Shown here in pieces: positions 28,382-38,301 of a stretch of 64,000 nucleotides of DNA. Made by a program: the position numbers and the translations under genes. The notes under the pieces were generated by a model. It made no database searches. It saw only the letters and a list, made by a program, of their open reading frames with translations, and had not been told where the DNA came from. Positions within the stretch are counted from its first letter, which is position 1. The number at the start of each line of letters is the position of its first letter. Source of the DNA: Acidimicrobiia bacterium (lineage in GTDB: Bacteria; Actinomycetota; Acidimicrobiia; Spongiisociales; ZC4RG35); contig CBDBCY010000004.1 of NCBI GenBank assembly GCA_965203555.1, positions 832,001-896,000 of the forward strand. Direction: 5' to 3'.

Positions 28382-29194
28382 TCAGGTGACCGCGATCTCT
28401 ATTCTGCAATGGTCGCTTGGTCCCCACTCTTCAACACCGTTCAGGGCCCGTACTTCTACGGAGTCCGCCATGCCCTGTGAGGCGAACACGTAATCAATCT
28501 GGTCTCTCGCCGTGGCGGGGGATTCCCCGATTCTCTGGTAGGTGGGAACGTTCAGGCTGTCCTCCGGCAACCAGGTCGGCCAGGGATCGGCCTGCCGTCC
28601 GTGAGGATGCTGTGGCCCGACCAGAGGAAGCCCAATGGCCTCCATGCGCTCGAAGACAGTGTCGCTGCGCCGTTTCCAGTAGTCGTTCCCTCCGTAGCCA
28701 TGCCAGACGGTGAGATCACCCGCCGCCACGATGCGGTGTCCCCTCTGTTTCCCTATCAGCAGCGACAGGTCAGAGATGATCCGATGCACGGAAGCGTCGA
28801 CTATGTACATCTTGCCTACGGATCGATAGACCTTGTCGTATGCCGCGCAGATCGAGGCGGCGATGAACGGTGTCACGCCCGGTCCGGAAACGATAGCGGC
28901 CGCAATGGCTCCTGGTTGACTCTCAACGAAGTCGCCTCCCCGCGCCTCGGTAATCGGCACGGGCTCCAGCCATTCCACCTGAATCCGATCGGAGAGCTTC
29001 ACGACGGCCGCCCGCGAGAACCTGTATCCATCGGCGTCATGGAACGGCGCCGGGTCCACCTCAACCTGCCCAGCCACATCATCAGGCGGCAGGTTCGTCT
29101 CCTGTAAGAGTGCAACGTCCGCCTCGCAACCGAGCAGGAACCGCCAAGCGGCACGTCTACGTGCGATGTTCCAGCAGACGATCTTCACTGTCAT
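28382..29194 (-). CDS. Endonuclease/exonuclease/phosphatase family protein
   Basis: KIVCWNI, DVALLQE, AGD, PT, QIDYVFAS, PSDHC. Confidence 0.88.
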   Translation of the reverse strand: MTVKIVCWNIARRRAAWRFLLGCEADVALLQETNLPPDDVAGQVEVDPAPFHDADGYRFSRAAVVKLSDRIQVEWLEPVPITEARGGDFVESQPGAIAAAIVSGPGVTPFIAASICAAYDKVYRSVGKMYIVDASVHRIISDLSLLIGKQRGHRIVAAGDLTVWHGYGGNDYWKRRSDTVFERMEAIGLPLVGPQHPHGRQADPWPTWLPEDSLNVPTYQRIGESPATARDQIDYVFASQGMADSVEVRALNGVEEWGPSDHCRIEIAVT

Positions 29195-29306
29195 GCTAGG
29201 CACCTGCCAGTGCGAAACTGGTGCGATCGGCAGGAACACCCCTCGAAGGCGACTTCAGCGGAACCTGCCACTTGCACTGGGAACGGCTCGTCCACTTCCT
29301 GCTTCC

Positions 29307-29477
29307 CTACCAGAAACGAACCTGGAGTCGGTCCCCAACTCCTTCGCAAGCCGCCCACTCTCGAATGAAACCTACCAGTTCAGCCAAAGTGTCAGCTCCA
29401 CCGGTGAACCCAAGGTCTCCCTCGGCCCACCAAAGCGCGCCTTGATCACGATTCAGGTGAACGCGAACGGTGTACAT
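29307..29477 (-). CDS. Small HicB-like protein (56 aa), possibly degenerate
   Basis: Manual translation MYTVRVHLNRDQGALWWAEGDLGFTGGADTLAELVGFIREW...; gaagg RBS. Confidence 0.45.
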   Translation of the reverse strand: MYTVRVHLNRDQGALWWAEGDLGFTGGADTLAELVGFIREWAACEGVGDRLQVRFW

Positions 29478-29622
29478 CAGAAGCCTTCTTTCATAAGGGC
29501 ATGCAAAGCAGTTATTTCTTTGCCTAACTAATGGCTGATCCTGTTCAGCAGGTCAAAGACCTTCTGGCCTTCAAGACTGGGAATCTCGAGACTAGCACCA
29601 GATTCGACTTTGAACGGTCCAT

Positions 29623-30888
29623 TCAGGATGCGAGGTAACGCAGAGCGGCCAACGCATAGATCCGGGAGGCTTCGTAAACTCCGGTGGCCGCCAAGTGTTC
29701 GTTGGGAGCGTGTGCCCGTGGCAGGTATCCCGGGCCGAAGGCCGCAACCGAGGGAATCCCGGCCGTGGCCTGGAAGCTGTAGGCGTCGGTGGCGCCGGGG
29801 AAGATGGCAGGTTCCAGTTCTTTTCCCAGCACATGGGAAGTGGCATGCCGGATTGCGCTCACCACCGGATGATCGAAAGGAATCTCGGTGGCGGGAACCC
29901 CTCCCTCGATTGTCAGCTTCGCCCGGAGCCGGGGATTGGCCGCCATGGCGTCATCCAGGAAACGTTGGATGTCGGCCCTGACGCTCTCGACAGTCATCCC
30001 AGGTGTCAACCGTATGTCGCAGGCGAACCACCCGTTTCCCGGGTAGACCCCATAGAAGACCCCTGATTCCGACATGACGCCCACATTGACAGTGGGACCG
30101 GGTCCCCCCAAATGGTGCGGTTCGTAAGTCAGGTAGCTCTTCATCCGAGTGTGCATCCGCTGGATGAGCCAGGCCATCTCCACCGTGGCGTTCACCGGGT
30201 CGAACCGATCGGAAACGCTGGAATGCATCTGCGTCCCGATGACCTCTATCTTGACCAGGGCAGCGCCCCGGGAGACCACACCGATGTTCTCCCATTCCGA
30301 AACCACTCCGCATGGCTCCCCGATTATGGCCGCGTCTGCATCCAGGTAGCCTTGTCCGGCCATCCACTTGGAGCCCAGGTTCGAACCGGCTTCCTCGTCG
30401 GCGGTGAACACCAACTGGAGTTCCCCCGACCACCCCGACACTCGGGACACAGCCGCCCCCGCGTACACCATGGCGGCCACCGCCACCTTCATGTCCCCCG
30501 AACCGAGACCGTACAGGTTGCCGTCCCGGACCACCGGATCCCATGGATCTGTCTCCCAACGAGCCATGTCGCCCGCCGGTTTGGTATCGAGATGTCCGGA
30601 CAGGACCAGCGTGGGACCGTCGCCGGGGCCGGGAATCCTCACTATCAGATTGGGACGTCCCACCACCTGCGCCAACTCGGTTATGTCCGTGATCCCCAAT
30701 CGCTCCAGCCGCTGCATCACCACCTCCGCCACCGCCACTTCCCCGCCGGGAGGATTGGGACTGGGAGTGGCGATCAGTTCCCGGGCAAACGCCAACTGTT
30801 CTTCGGCGGTTTCCTCCAAGAAGGAAAGTACATCGATTTCGGAAGCGGTCAGATCAGCCACGACCAAAACATTAGCCGTCTGTGGCAA
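29623..30888 (-). CDS. M20 family amidohydrolase (ArgE/DapE-like)
   Basis: SGHLDT, LYGLGSGDMK, ADEE, IGEP, GATD, AHAPNE. Confidence 0.92.
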   Translation of the reverse strand: MPQTANVLVVADLTASEIDVLSFLEETAEEQLAFARELIATPSPNPPGGEVAVAEVVMQRLERLGITDITELAQVVGRPNLIVRIPGPGDGPTLVLSGHLDTKPAGDMARWETDPWDPVVRDGNLYGLGSGDMKVAVAAMVYAGAAVSRVSGWSGELQLVFTADEEAGSNLGSKWMAGQGYLDADAAIIGEPCGVVSEWENIGVVSRGAALVKIEVIGTQMHSSVSDRFDPVNATVEMAWLIQRMHTRMKSYLTYEPHHLGGPGPTVNVGVMSESGVFYGVYPGNGWFACDIRLTPGMTVESVRADIQRFLDDAMAANPRLRAKLTIEGGVPATEIPFDHPVVSAIRHATSHVLGKELEPAIFPGATDAYSFQATAGIPSVAAFGPGYLPRAHAPNEHLAATGVYEASRIYALAALRYLAS

Positions 30889-30924
30889 TGGGGCCAGTAA
30901 TCGAAGACTCTCGGATGCAGGTCT

Positions 30925-32046
30925 CTAAAGTCGTCGGGAACCACAAAACGGCAGATCGGTCACCTCAGTCTCTCGAGGTCCGGTCGGATGGTCAGCCGTC
31001 AGCACCGTGCCGGTCCGGTTGTGGGGAACATCAACCAGGGCCAAGCCGATGTTGCGTTCCAACCGGGGCGAATAGGCCGCCGCCCGGACCGTTCCCACCG
31101 CCTGGGAACCCAGCATGATCGGCCAGGGGTGCTCCAAACCACCAACATGATTTCCTTCGATCCACAAACCCACCAGTTGTCTGCTCAGCCCGGCGGATCG
31201 CTTGCGTATCAGGGCATCCCTGCCAATGAAATCGACACCCGAGTCCAGATCCAGGAATCTGTCCAGTCTCGCCTCAAAGGGATCAACATCGTCAGGAGTG
31301 TCACCCCGGTAGGACAACAGAAAACTCTCTATGCGCTCGGCGTTGTTGGGAGCGCCCGGGATGATGCCATGCAGTTCTCCCGCCCCGGCCACCAGTCGCC
31401 ACAGGTCAGACCCCCGGTCTCGATCGAGCAGGTACACCTCAAAGCCCCCCTGCTTGGACCATCCGGCCCGGCCCACCCACACCGGAATTCCTTCCACCGT
31501 GGTTGCCCGGTATCTGAAGAAACCCAGATCGCGCACCCATTCCCCCAGCAGATCCGCCATCACTTTCTCCGCCAGGGGACCCTGGACCGCCAACGGGTAT
31601 ACGTCAGGAATGGTTACCCTCACATCCAGTCCGCGTTCGGCCCCCACCGCCCTGCACCAGTACACCATGTCACTGTCAGCCAGGGACAGCCACCACCGGT
31701 CGGTGTCCACTCTCAAAGCCAGCGGGTCGTTCATGAGACGACCGCTGTGATCAACCATCGGGGCGTACTTGGCTTGACCCACCGCCACATTCGACAGGTC
31801 CCGGCACACCACTGCCTGGGCCAGCGTGCCGGCATCCGGACCGGACAGCTCCACCTGCACCTGGCAGGCGACATCCCACATCACCACCCCGTCGATGAGC
31901 CGCCAATACTCAGCGACCTCGTCCCCGTAGGACACGGGCAGGAGCATGTGGTTGTACACCGAGAAGCGCTTCGCCCCCGCCGCCACCGTGCAATCGAAGA
32001 ACGGGGATTTTGCGATGCGGGAACCGATAGCCAATTCGAAAGTCAC
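30925..32046 (-). CDS. GcvT-family THF-dependent demethylase, DmdA-like
   Basis: VYNHMLLP, WDVAC, MNDP, WLSLADSD, GWSKQGGFE, PNNAERIESFLLSY. Confidence 0.85.
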   Translation of the reverse strand: MTFELAIGSRIAKSPFFDCTVAAGAKRFSVYNHMLLPVSYGDEVAEYWRLIDGVVMWDVACQVQVELSGPDAGTLAQAVVCRDLSNVAVGQAKYAPMVDHSGRLMNDPLALRVDTDRWWLSLADSDMVYWCRAVGAERGLDVRVTIPDVYPLAVQGPLAEKVMADLLGEWVRDLGFFRYRATTVEGIPVWVGRAGWSKQGGFEVYLLDRDRGSDLWRLVAGAGELHGIIPGAPNNAERIESFLLSYRGDTPDDVDPFEARLDRFLDLDSGVDFIGRDALIRKRSAGLSRQLVGLWIEGNHVGGLEHPWPIMLGSQAVGTVRAAAYSPRLERNIGLALVDVPHNRTGTVLTADHPTGPRETEVTDLPFCGSRRL

Positions 32047-32200
32047 ATCGCCCCTATCTCAAAAGAGAACCGGTGCATCGCGTACCTCCGAGCCGCGCCC
32101 CGTCATGGCTGCTATAGATTACCGTTTGTCGGAGAAAAACTTCCTCTCGCCACCAGTCGACCGTGCCTGACATCGCCATTGTCATTCGGGTGGGCGGGAC

Positions 32201-33670
32201 TCAAATCAAAGTCGGGTCGATAGGGTAGAGAGGCCGGGGGGCGTGCACGAATCGCAGATACTCCAAGCGGGGAGTGCTGGCGCCGGGCAGGTCGAGGGTG
32301 ATGGCTTCCGGCGCCGCAGTGGGGAAGTTGGCCCGGTAGTCGCTGCAGGATCGCACCACCAGCACATCTGTGCGATCAGGATCCAGACCGGCGTGTCGCC
32401 AGGTAGCCGGGTCGGCGGTGATGGCAGGCCGGGAAGAGATCAGAAGATGGTGACGTCCCGTGGTCAGGACAGCCCACTCACCCATCGAAACCTCCCTGCC
32501 GGTAAAGGAGCATCCTGTTAATCGATAACTCCCCGCCCCGGCGCTGGTAACCACCCCCTCCACGGTCACCTGCCGGGCGGCGGGATTGAAACCTCCGCCC
32601 ACGTCGACCTTCGTTCTGCTCCCCACCGCCCGACCACAATGTCGCGCCGCGGCGGGGTCCAGCACCGAGTGCAGCACCGTCAGGTCAGCCCCGTGCCGGG
32701 CCGCCTCGGTCACCAGTATCGGATCATCCCCGGAAGCGCCGGCCGTGGGGCAATCGGCAGTGTGCGCCATGACGAACGGCCGGGTAGAGGAAAGCCGGGC
32801 CGTGGCAAAAGCGGCAGAAGTCGTAAGGATCCGGGGGGTGACCATCCTTCCCCGTCGTCGCCAAACCTCATAGGCCAACCCCTCGGCCATCAAAGACGCC
32901 CCTTCGGCATCGTCGTCGGTGACCACCAACACCCCCAAACCGAGTTCCGGCACATCCAGCCAGGGCTGGACGGGAAAGACGGACACGTCCAAAACCTGAT
33001 CTCTGATCAGACCATTGGCTATTGTCCTCACTTCCGACATCGGGCCCACATCGGTGCGCATTCCCTCGGCAGGGATCAGAAGTGACCGCTTGGCCAGCCC
33101 CATGGCGGGCCTGATCTCGTTTCGCGCCGAGGCGGCCACCAGCCGGGCGATTCGCTCTCCTGTCGAAGCCATGTCGATATGCGGCTCGGTGTGATATCCC
33201 ACCATCACATCCGCCAACTCCACCATCCGGACGGTCAGGTTGGCGTGTAGATCCAGGCACACCCCCACCGGCGCCCCGTCCATGCGCCTGCGGGCGACTT
33301 CTATGAGCGTCGAATCAGCGTCGAAGTGATCCTCCGACACCATTGCCCCGTGCAAGGACAGCACCAGCCCGTCAAGCTTGCCGGCCTGCTTGATACCGGC
33401 GTCAAGCAACTCGGACAGCCGGTGGAAGGTCCCCTCCGTGACCGGCCCCGACGGGAGTGCCCAGGCAGCAACCAGAGGCACGTGATCTACGCCCCGCTGG
33501 CGCAATTCGGAAACCGCTCCTGCAAATTCGGTGTTGGTTCCCTCCAAAGCGACTTCCGCCTCAGCGCCGACAAGAACGGTGAAGTCTTCCCATTCGGTCG
33601 GCTTCGGGCTGAAAGTATTGGTCTCCTGAACCAGGGAGGCAACCCCAATCCTCGGACCAGCCCCGACCAT
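32201..33670 (-). CDS. M81 metallopeptidase (MlrC-like), copy 1
   Basis: QETNTFS, LSLHGAM, LDLHAN, EPHID, PWLDVPELG. Confidence 0.92.
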   Translation of the reverse strand: MVGAGPRIGVASLVQETNTFSPKPTEWEDFTVLVGAEAEVALEGTNTEFAGAVSELRQRGVDHVPLVAAWALPSGPVTEGTFHRLSELLDAGIKQAGKLDGLVLSLHGAMVSEDHFDADSTLIEVARRRMDGAPVGVCLDLHANLTVRMVELADVMVGYHTEPHIDMASTGERIARLVAASARNEIRPAMGLAKRSLLIPAEGMRTDVGPMSEVRTIANGLIRDQVLDVSVFPVQPWLDVPELGLGVLVVTDDDAEGASLMAEGLAYEVWRRRGRMVTPRILTTSAAFATARLSSTRPFVMAHTADCPTAGASGDDPILVTEAARHGADLTVLHSVLDPAAARHCGRAVGSRTKVDVGGGFNPAARQVTVEGVVTSAGAGSYRLTGCSFTGREVSMGEWAVLTTGRHHLLISSRPAITADPATWRHAGLDPDRTDVLVVRSCSDYRANFPTAAPEAITLDLPGASTPRLEYLRFVHAPRPLYPIDPTLI

Positions 33671-33920
33671 CAGGTCCTCGGGACCCCGAGTTGCACCAAA
33701 CGCGGGTACAACTGGCCTACCGATCGCTCCCCACTCCGGTTGGAGACACGGGACGAAAAGTTACCGATTCGTATCGGGATCATGACCTCTAAGTTAACCG
33801 AACTGCAAATGCCGATCTTAACCTGGACTGGATTCTATCTTTCCTACCCCGCCGGCTCACAGCACACCGGGAACGCGACAGTACATGGCGAAACCGTCCG
33901 GGCCCCAGCTCACCCCGTTG

Positions 33921-35390
33921 TCAGACCAACACCGAATCGAGAGGATAGAGAGGGCGGGGGGCGTGTTGGAAATGGAGGCTCTCCAGTTTGGGGGTGCTGG
34001 CCCCGGGTAGGTCGAGGTTGATCGCTTCGGGGGCGGCGGAGGGGAAATTGGCCCGGTAGTCACTGCAGGAACGTACCACCAGGACATCCGCCTGATCAGG
34101 ATCCAGTCCGGCATGACGCCAGGTGGCCGGATCGGCGGTGATGGCGGGAAGGGAGGTGACCAACAGATGGTGAAGACCGGAAGTGATGACCCCCCACTCG
34201 CCCATCGAAACCTCTCTTCCCGTGTGGGACAGGCCCGTCATCCGGTAGCTCCCCGCCCCGGCCGCGGTAACCACCCCCTCCACGGTGACCCGTCGCGCCG
34301 CGGGATTGAAAACCGCCCCCACCTCCATCCGCACCCGGCTTCCCACCGACCCCGCACAACGGCGGGCGGCCGCGGGGTCCAGCACCGTATGCATCACCAC
34401 CAAATCGGCCCCGTGCATTGCGGTCTCGTTCACCATTATCGGATCGTCCCCCGTAGCCCCGGCGGTGGGGCAGTCGGCGGTGTGCGCCATCACAAACGGC
34501 CGGGTCCCCGATCGCCGCGCAGTAGCAAAAGCCGCCGCGGGAGTCATGACTCGGGGGGTGGTCATCCGGGACCGTCTTCGCCAGACCTCATCCGCGAATT
34601 GCTCCGCCAGGCGGATGGCGCCGTCGGGGTCATTGTCGGTAACCACCAAAACCCCCAAACCGAGTTCCGGCACATCCAACCAGGGCTGCACCGGGGAGAT
34701 CGAGATGTCCAGCACCGGGCCTTCGGTCTTCCGGTCAGCGAGTTGGCGGACCTCGGACATCGGGCCCACGTCGGTACGCATGCCTTCGGCAGGGATCAGC
34801 AGCGGCCGTTTGGCCAAAGCCATAACGGGAGAGATGCTGCCCCGCACCGTGGCGGCGACCAGACGGGCGATTCTCTCCCCGGTCGACCCCATATCAATGT
34901 GCGGTTCGGTGTGGTATGTCACCATAACGTCCGCCGATTCCACCATCCGGCCGGTCAGGTTGGCATGCAGATCCAGGCAAACCCCCACCGGCGCACCGCC
35001 CATGCGCCTGCGGGCGACCTCTATGAGCATCGAATCAGCGTCGAAGTGGGTCTCCGACACCATCGCCCCGTGCAAGGACAGCACCAACCCGTCAAGCTTG
35101 CCGGCCTGCCTGATACCGGCGTCAAGCAACTCGGACAGCCGGTCGAACGTCTCCTCCGTAACCGGTCCCGACGGGAGGGCGTCCGCCGACAGCAACGGGA
35201 CCGGTTCCCCTCCCAGTCGCACCAGTTCGGCGGCCGCCCCGGAGAATTCCGAGTAGGTGCCGCCCAGGACATCCAATGCCTCCCGCCCCACCAGGACCGT
35301 GAAATCCTCCCACCCGGTGGGCCTGGGGCTGAATGTATTGGTCTCCTGAAAGACGGAGGCGACCCCTATCCTCGGGCTGGATCCGACCAT
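33921..35390 (-). CDS. M81 metallopeptidase (MlrC-like), copy 2
   Basis: Same motifs and same 489-aa length as copy 1. Confidence 0.92.
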   Translation of the reverse strand: MVGSSPRIGVASVFQETNTFSPRPTGWEDFTVLVGREALDVLGGTYSEFSGAAAELVRLGGEPVPLLSADALPSGPVTEETFDRLSELLDAGIRQAGKLDGLVLSLHGAMVSETHFDADSMLIEVARRRMGGAPVGVCLDLHANLTGRMVESADVMVTYHTEPHIDMGSTGERIARLVAATVRGSISPVMALAKRPLLIPAEGMRTDVGPMSEVRQLADRKTEGPVLDISISPVQPWLDVPELGLGVLVVTDNDPDGAIRLAEQFADEVWRRRSRMTTPRVMTPAAAFATARRSGTRPFVMAHTADCPTAGATGDDPIMVNETAMHGADLVVMHTVLDPAAARRCAGSVGSRVRMEVGAVFNPAARRVTVEGVVTAAGAGSYRMTGLSHTGREVSMGEWGVITSGLHHLLVTSLPAITADPATWRHAGLDPDQADVLVVRSCSDYRANFPSAAPEAINLDLPGASTPKLESLHFQHAPRPLYPLDSVLV

Positions 35391-35529
35391 CAGCCGATCA
35401 CGGTCACCAGGCTTACCGAACCCCGGTGGCGGTGGTTCCCGGCGCAGTCTCTGCGAAAAACCGGATGCACCGAGTTTGCAGGTTCGTTTCGGATCATTGC
35501 CCCTAAGTTAACCGGTTGGTGGGTGGCAT

Positions 35530-36438
35530 GTGATCGTTAGCTGCGGTGAGGCCCTGGTGGATCTGGTTCCGGATCCGGCGCCGGGCGGAGGCCCCATGAA
35601 TGTCGCCGTCGCCTGTGCCCGTCTGGGGGTTCCGACTGCCTTTGTGGGTCGTGTCTCCACAGATGCCTACGGGGAGGCGATCTGGGCATTCCTGAGAGAC
35701 AACCAGGTGGATGTTCGAGCCTGTCAAAGAGGCCCCGAACCCACCGCCCGGGCCATCGTTGAACACACCCCCCGGCTGCGTTTCCGTTTCGAGGGGAAGG
35801 CAACCGCCGATACGATGCTCTCGTCGGTCGACACGAAGAGTCTCGGGGAGGGGCCGCACATCGTCCATGGCGGGACGCTCGGGATGTTCCGGGGCCGGAC
35901 CGCAGAAGTCCTGGCCCGTCTGGCGGAGAACCACCGGGGCATCGTCTCGGTGGATCCCAACGTCCGCCCCCAGATCATCGACGACCGCGCCCGCTGGGAC
36001 CACTATCACAACCGATGGGTGGTCAGGGCAGACATCTATCGGGCATCCGATGAGGACCTCGAATGGATATGGCCCGGTCGGAGTGGAGAGTCGTGCGCCG
36101 AGGAACTGCTGTCGACAGGGGCTTCCACCGTGTTCATCACCCACGGCGGATCGGGCGCCACGGTGTACACCGCCAAAGGTGACCTGTCGATGGAGGGAAA
36201 GCCCGTGGAGGTGGCCGATGAGGTCGGAGCGGGAGACACGTTCGTTGCCTCCATCCTGGCTTCGGTGTGGAATCTGGGTCTGGCGGGTGATCGGCAACGC
36301 CTCGGCAACCTGGGTTTGACCGCTTGGAGCGAAGTGATGGAACTCGCCACGGCCGCCGCGTCCATCACCTGCTCCCGGCCGGGCGCCGACCCTCCATGCC
36401 TGGCGGAACTACCTCCCGGGACGGCGTTTTGGAATTGA
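35530..36438 (+). CDS. PfkB family carbohydrate kinase
   Basis: GEALVD, GGGPMNVA, DPNVRP, DEVGAGDTF. Confidence 0.92.
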   Translation: MIVSCGEALVDLVPDPAPGGGPMNVAVACARLGVPTAFVGRVSTDAYGEAIWAFLRDNQVDVRACQRGPEPTARAIVEHTPRLRFRFEGKATADTMLSSVDTKSLGEGPHIVHGGTLGMFRGRTAEVLARLAENHRGIVSVDPNVRPQIIDDRARWDHYHNRWVVRADIYRASDEDLEWIWPGRSGESCAEELLSTGASTVFITHGGSGATVYTAKGDLSMEGKPVEVADEVGAGDTFVASILASVWNLGLAGDRQRLGNLGLTAWSEVMELATAAASITCSRPGADPPCLAELPPGTAFWN

Positions 36439-36458
36439 TTTCAGGGGATTTGGTTCGA

Positions 36459-37475
36459 TCAGCAGGGAGGAGGAGGAGTCAGCTCCACGGGAGCATGGCA
36501 GGCCGCGGAACGCTTGGCCGCGTCCACCATCGCCTGGGCATGTCGAGCCATCTCGAGAGTGACCTCGGGCGCCACACCACCCCTTACCGAGCGTATGAAG
36601 TGGTCCAGAGATGCTGCCAGGTCTCCCCCGACCCTGTCCAGTATCACCGGCCAGTGGGTGAGATCGGGCTTCGAATATGCCTCGGCGTCCATAATCGACA
36701 GCCCATGATTCGAACTGTCGACAAAGACGGCTCCTCCGGTCCCAACCACCTCCAGGCAGGCATCCAACCCGGCCGGGAGACGATTGGGCATCACCCAACT
36801 GGTCTCCAAGACCCCGATCGCGCCGCTGTCGAACCGCACCATCACCATGGCCGCGTCGTCATGTCCGTAGTCGGCCAAGCGCCGAGAGATGGTTTCGGCA
36901 TACACCCGGGTGACCGGCGAGTCAGCCAGCCACGCCATGGCGTCCAGATCGTGGATGCCGGTGGATATCAGCAGGTCGGTCCAGACCCCGTAGATCTCTG
37001 CCCCCAGATACGATCCCCGTCGGCGGGTGAACATGGTATGGATATCCCCCAGCCTGCCACTGGCAGCCGCCGCTTTGGCTTCCGAATAACGAGGATCGAA
37101 TCGCAGGATGAAGTTCACCATGGTGAGGACGCCCGTCTCTTGCAGGTCGGCTATCAGGCGATCCGCCTCAGCCAGACTGGGCGCCAGGGGTTTTTCGAGC
37201 AGCAGATGTTTACCGGCCCTTGCCAGGGGCATAGCGGTCTCGTAGCGATAGTGCTCCGGAACGGAAACTGAGGCAGCCTCGAATTCGCAACTCAACAACA
37301 GATCCGACACCTCGGTGAACCAGGGGACGCCCAAAGGTTCAGCTACCGCCTCCGCCGTCTCGGGATTGGCGTCGACGATGCCTGCCAACTCGGCCATTGG
37401 GTGCTCGGCATAGATGCGGGCGTGGAGAGACCCGATCGCTCCGGTGCCCACCACCGCGGTTCGCAAAGCGTTCAT
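36459..37475 (-). CDS. Gfo/Idh/MocA oxidoreductase
   Basis: VVGTGAIG, AGKHLLLEKP, IHDLD. Confidence 0.92.
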   Translation of the reverse strand: MNALRTAVVGTGAIGSLHARIYAEHPMAELAGIVDANPETAEAVAEPLGVPWFTEVSDLLLSCEFEAASVSVPEHYRYETAMPLARAGKHLLLEKPLAPSLAEADRLIADLQETGVLTMVNFILRFDPRYSEAKAAAASGRLGDIHTMFTRRRGSYLGAEIYGVWTDLLISTGIHDLDAMAWLADSPVTRVYAETISRRLADYGHDDAAMVMVRFDSGAIGVLETSWVMPNRLPAGLDACLEVVGTGGAVFVDSSNHGLSIMDAEAYSKPDLTHWPVILDRVGGDLAASLDHFIRSVRGGVAPEVTLEMARHAQAMVDAAKRSAACHAPVELTPPPPC

Positions 37476-37476
37476 C

Positions 37477-38238
37477 TCAACTCCCCCGGGGAGCGAAGGC
37501 CCGGTCATGGCCCGGCATAACCGTATTCGGCCGGAGGGCCTGTAGCCGATCCAGGCTGGAGTGCAGCTCCCGCAGCTGACCGCTGGTGTACCAGTGGGAG
37601 AACGTCCGATCCGAATACTCCCGACGGGTCATTACCGTGTCTCCCGCCACTACCACCCTCTCTCCCTCTTCATTCTCGGCCACCACGCTGATGTGGCCGG
37701 GGGTGTGTCCGGGCGTCGAAATGGCCACTACCCCGGGCATCAGTTCCAGCTCCTCTCCCCTTCCCACCTCGATCAGGCGACCCATCACCGAAAGTCGGGC
37801 TTCCGTCTCGGCGGCGCCGTACAACTCCTCGCAGAAGTCGGCTTCGCCCTCACCCAGCACGATGTCGGCGCCGGGAATACGGAAGGCGCTGCCCATGTGG
37901 TCGTGATGACAGTGCGTGCACACAACCGTGTCTATGTCTCCCGGCGTTAACCCGAATCGCTGCAGGCCAATGGCCAATTGTCCGTAGAACCCGGTGTGAT
38001 GATTGCCGGGATCGACCACAACGTTCTTCTCCCCCCTGATCAATACGGTCGTGGAGACCGGCATGAATCCGAGATTGGAGTCGAACAACATGTCCGTCTC
38101 CGGGTTTATTCCCATCATCAGTTCCATCCGATCCAAGACAGCCTCGGTATCCGCGGCGAAGAAATAGACCACCTCGTCATCCAAGAGGGTGAATCTCAGC
38201 ACCACCGGCTGGATGACTACATCTATCTGGTTGTCCAC
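37477..38238 (-). CDS. MBL-fold metallohydrolase
   Basis: THCHHDH, TPGHTPGH, AGD, PGHD. Confidence 0.9.
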   Translation of the reverse strand: MDNQIDVVIQPVVLRFTLLDDEVVYFFAADTEAVLDRMELMMGINPETDMLFDSNLGFMPVSTTVLIRGEKNVVVDPGNHHTGFYGQLAIGLQRFGLTPGDIDTVVCTHCHHDHMGSAFRIPGADIVLGEGEADFCEELYGAAETEARLSVMGRLIEVGRGEELELMPGVVAISTPGHTPGHISVVAENEEGERVVVAGDTVMTRREYSDRTFSHWYTSGQLRELHSSLDRLQALRPNTVMPGHDRAFAPRGS

Positions 38239-38301
38239 AAATCAACTCCTCTCAAGTCCAAGCCGTAGAACTCCCAAACCATGTTTCGAAGGCCGTGCCC
38301 G

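Noticed and set aside
32201-35390. Microcystin degradation pathway
   Set aside because: No mlrA, mlrB or mlrD; the M81 family is broad.
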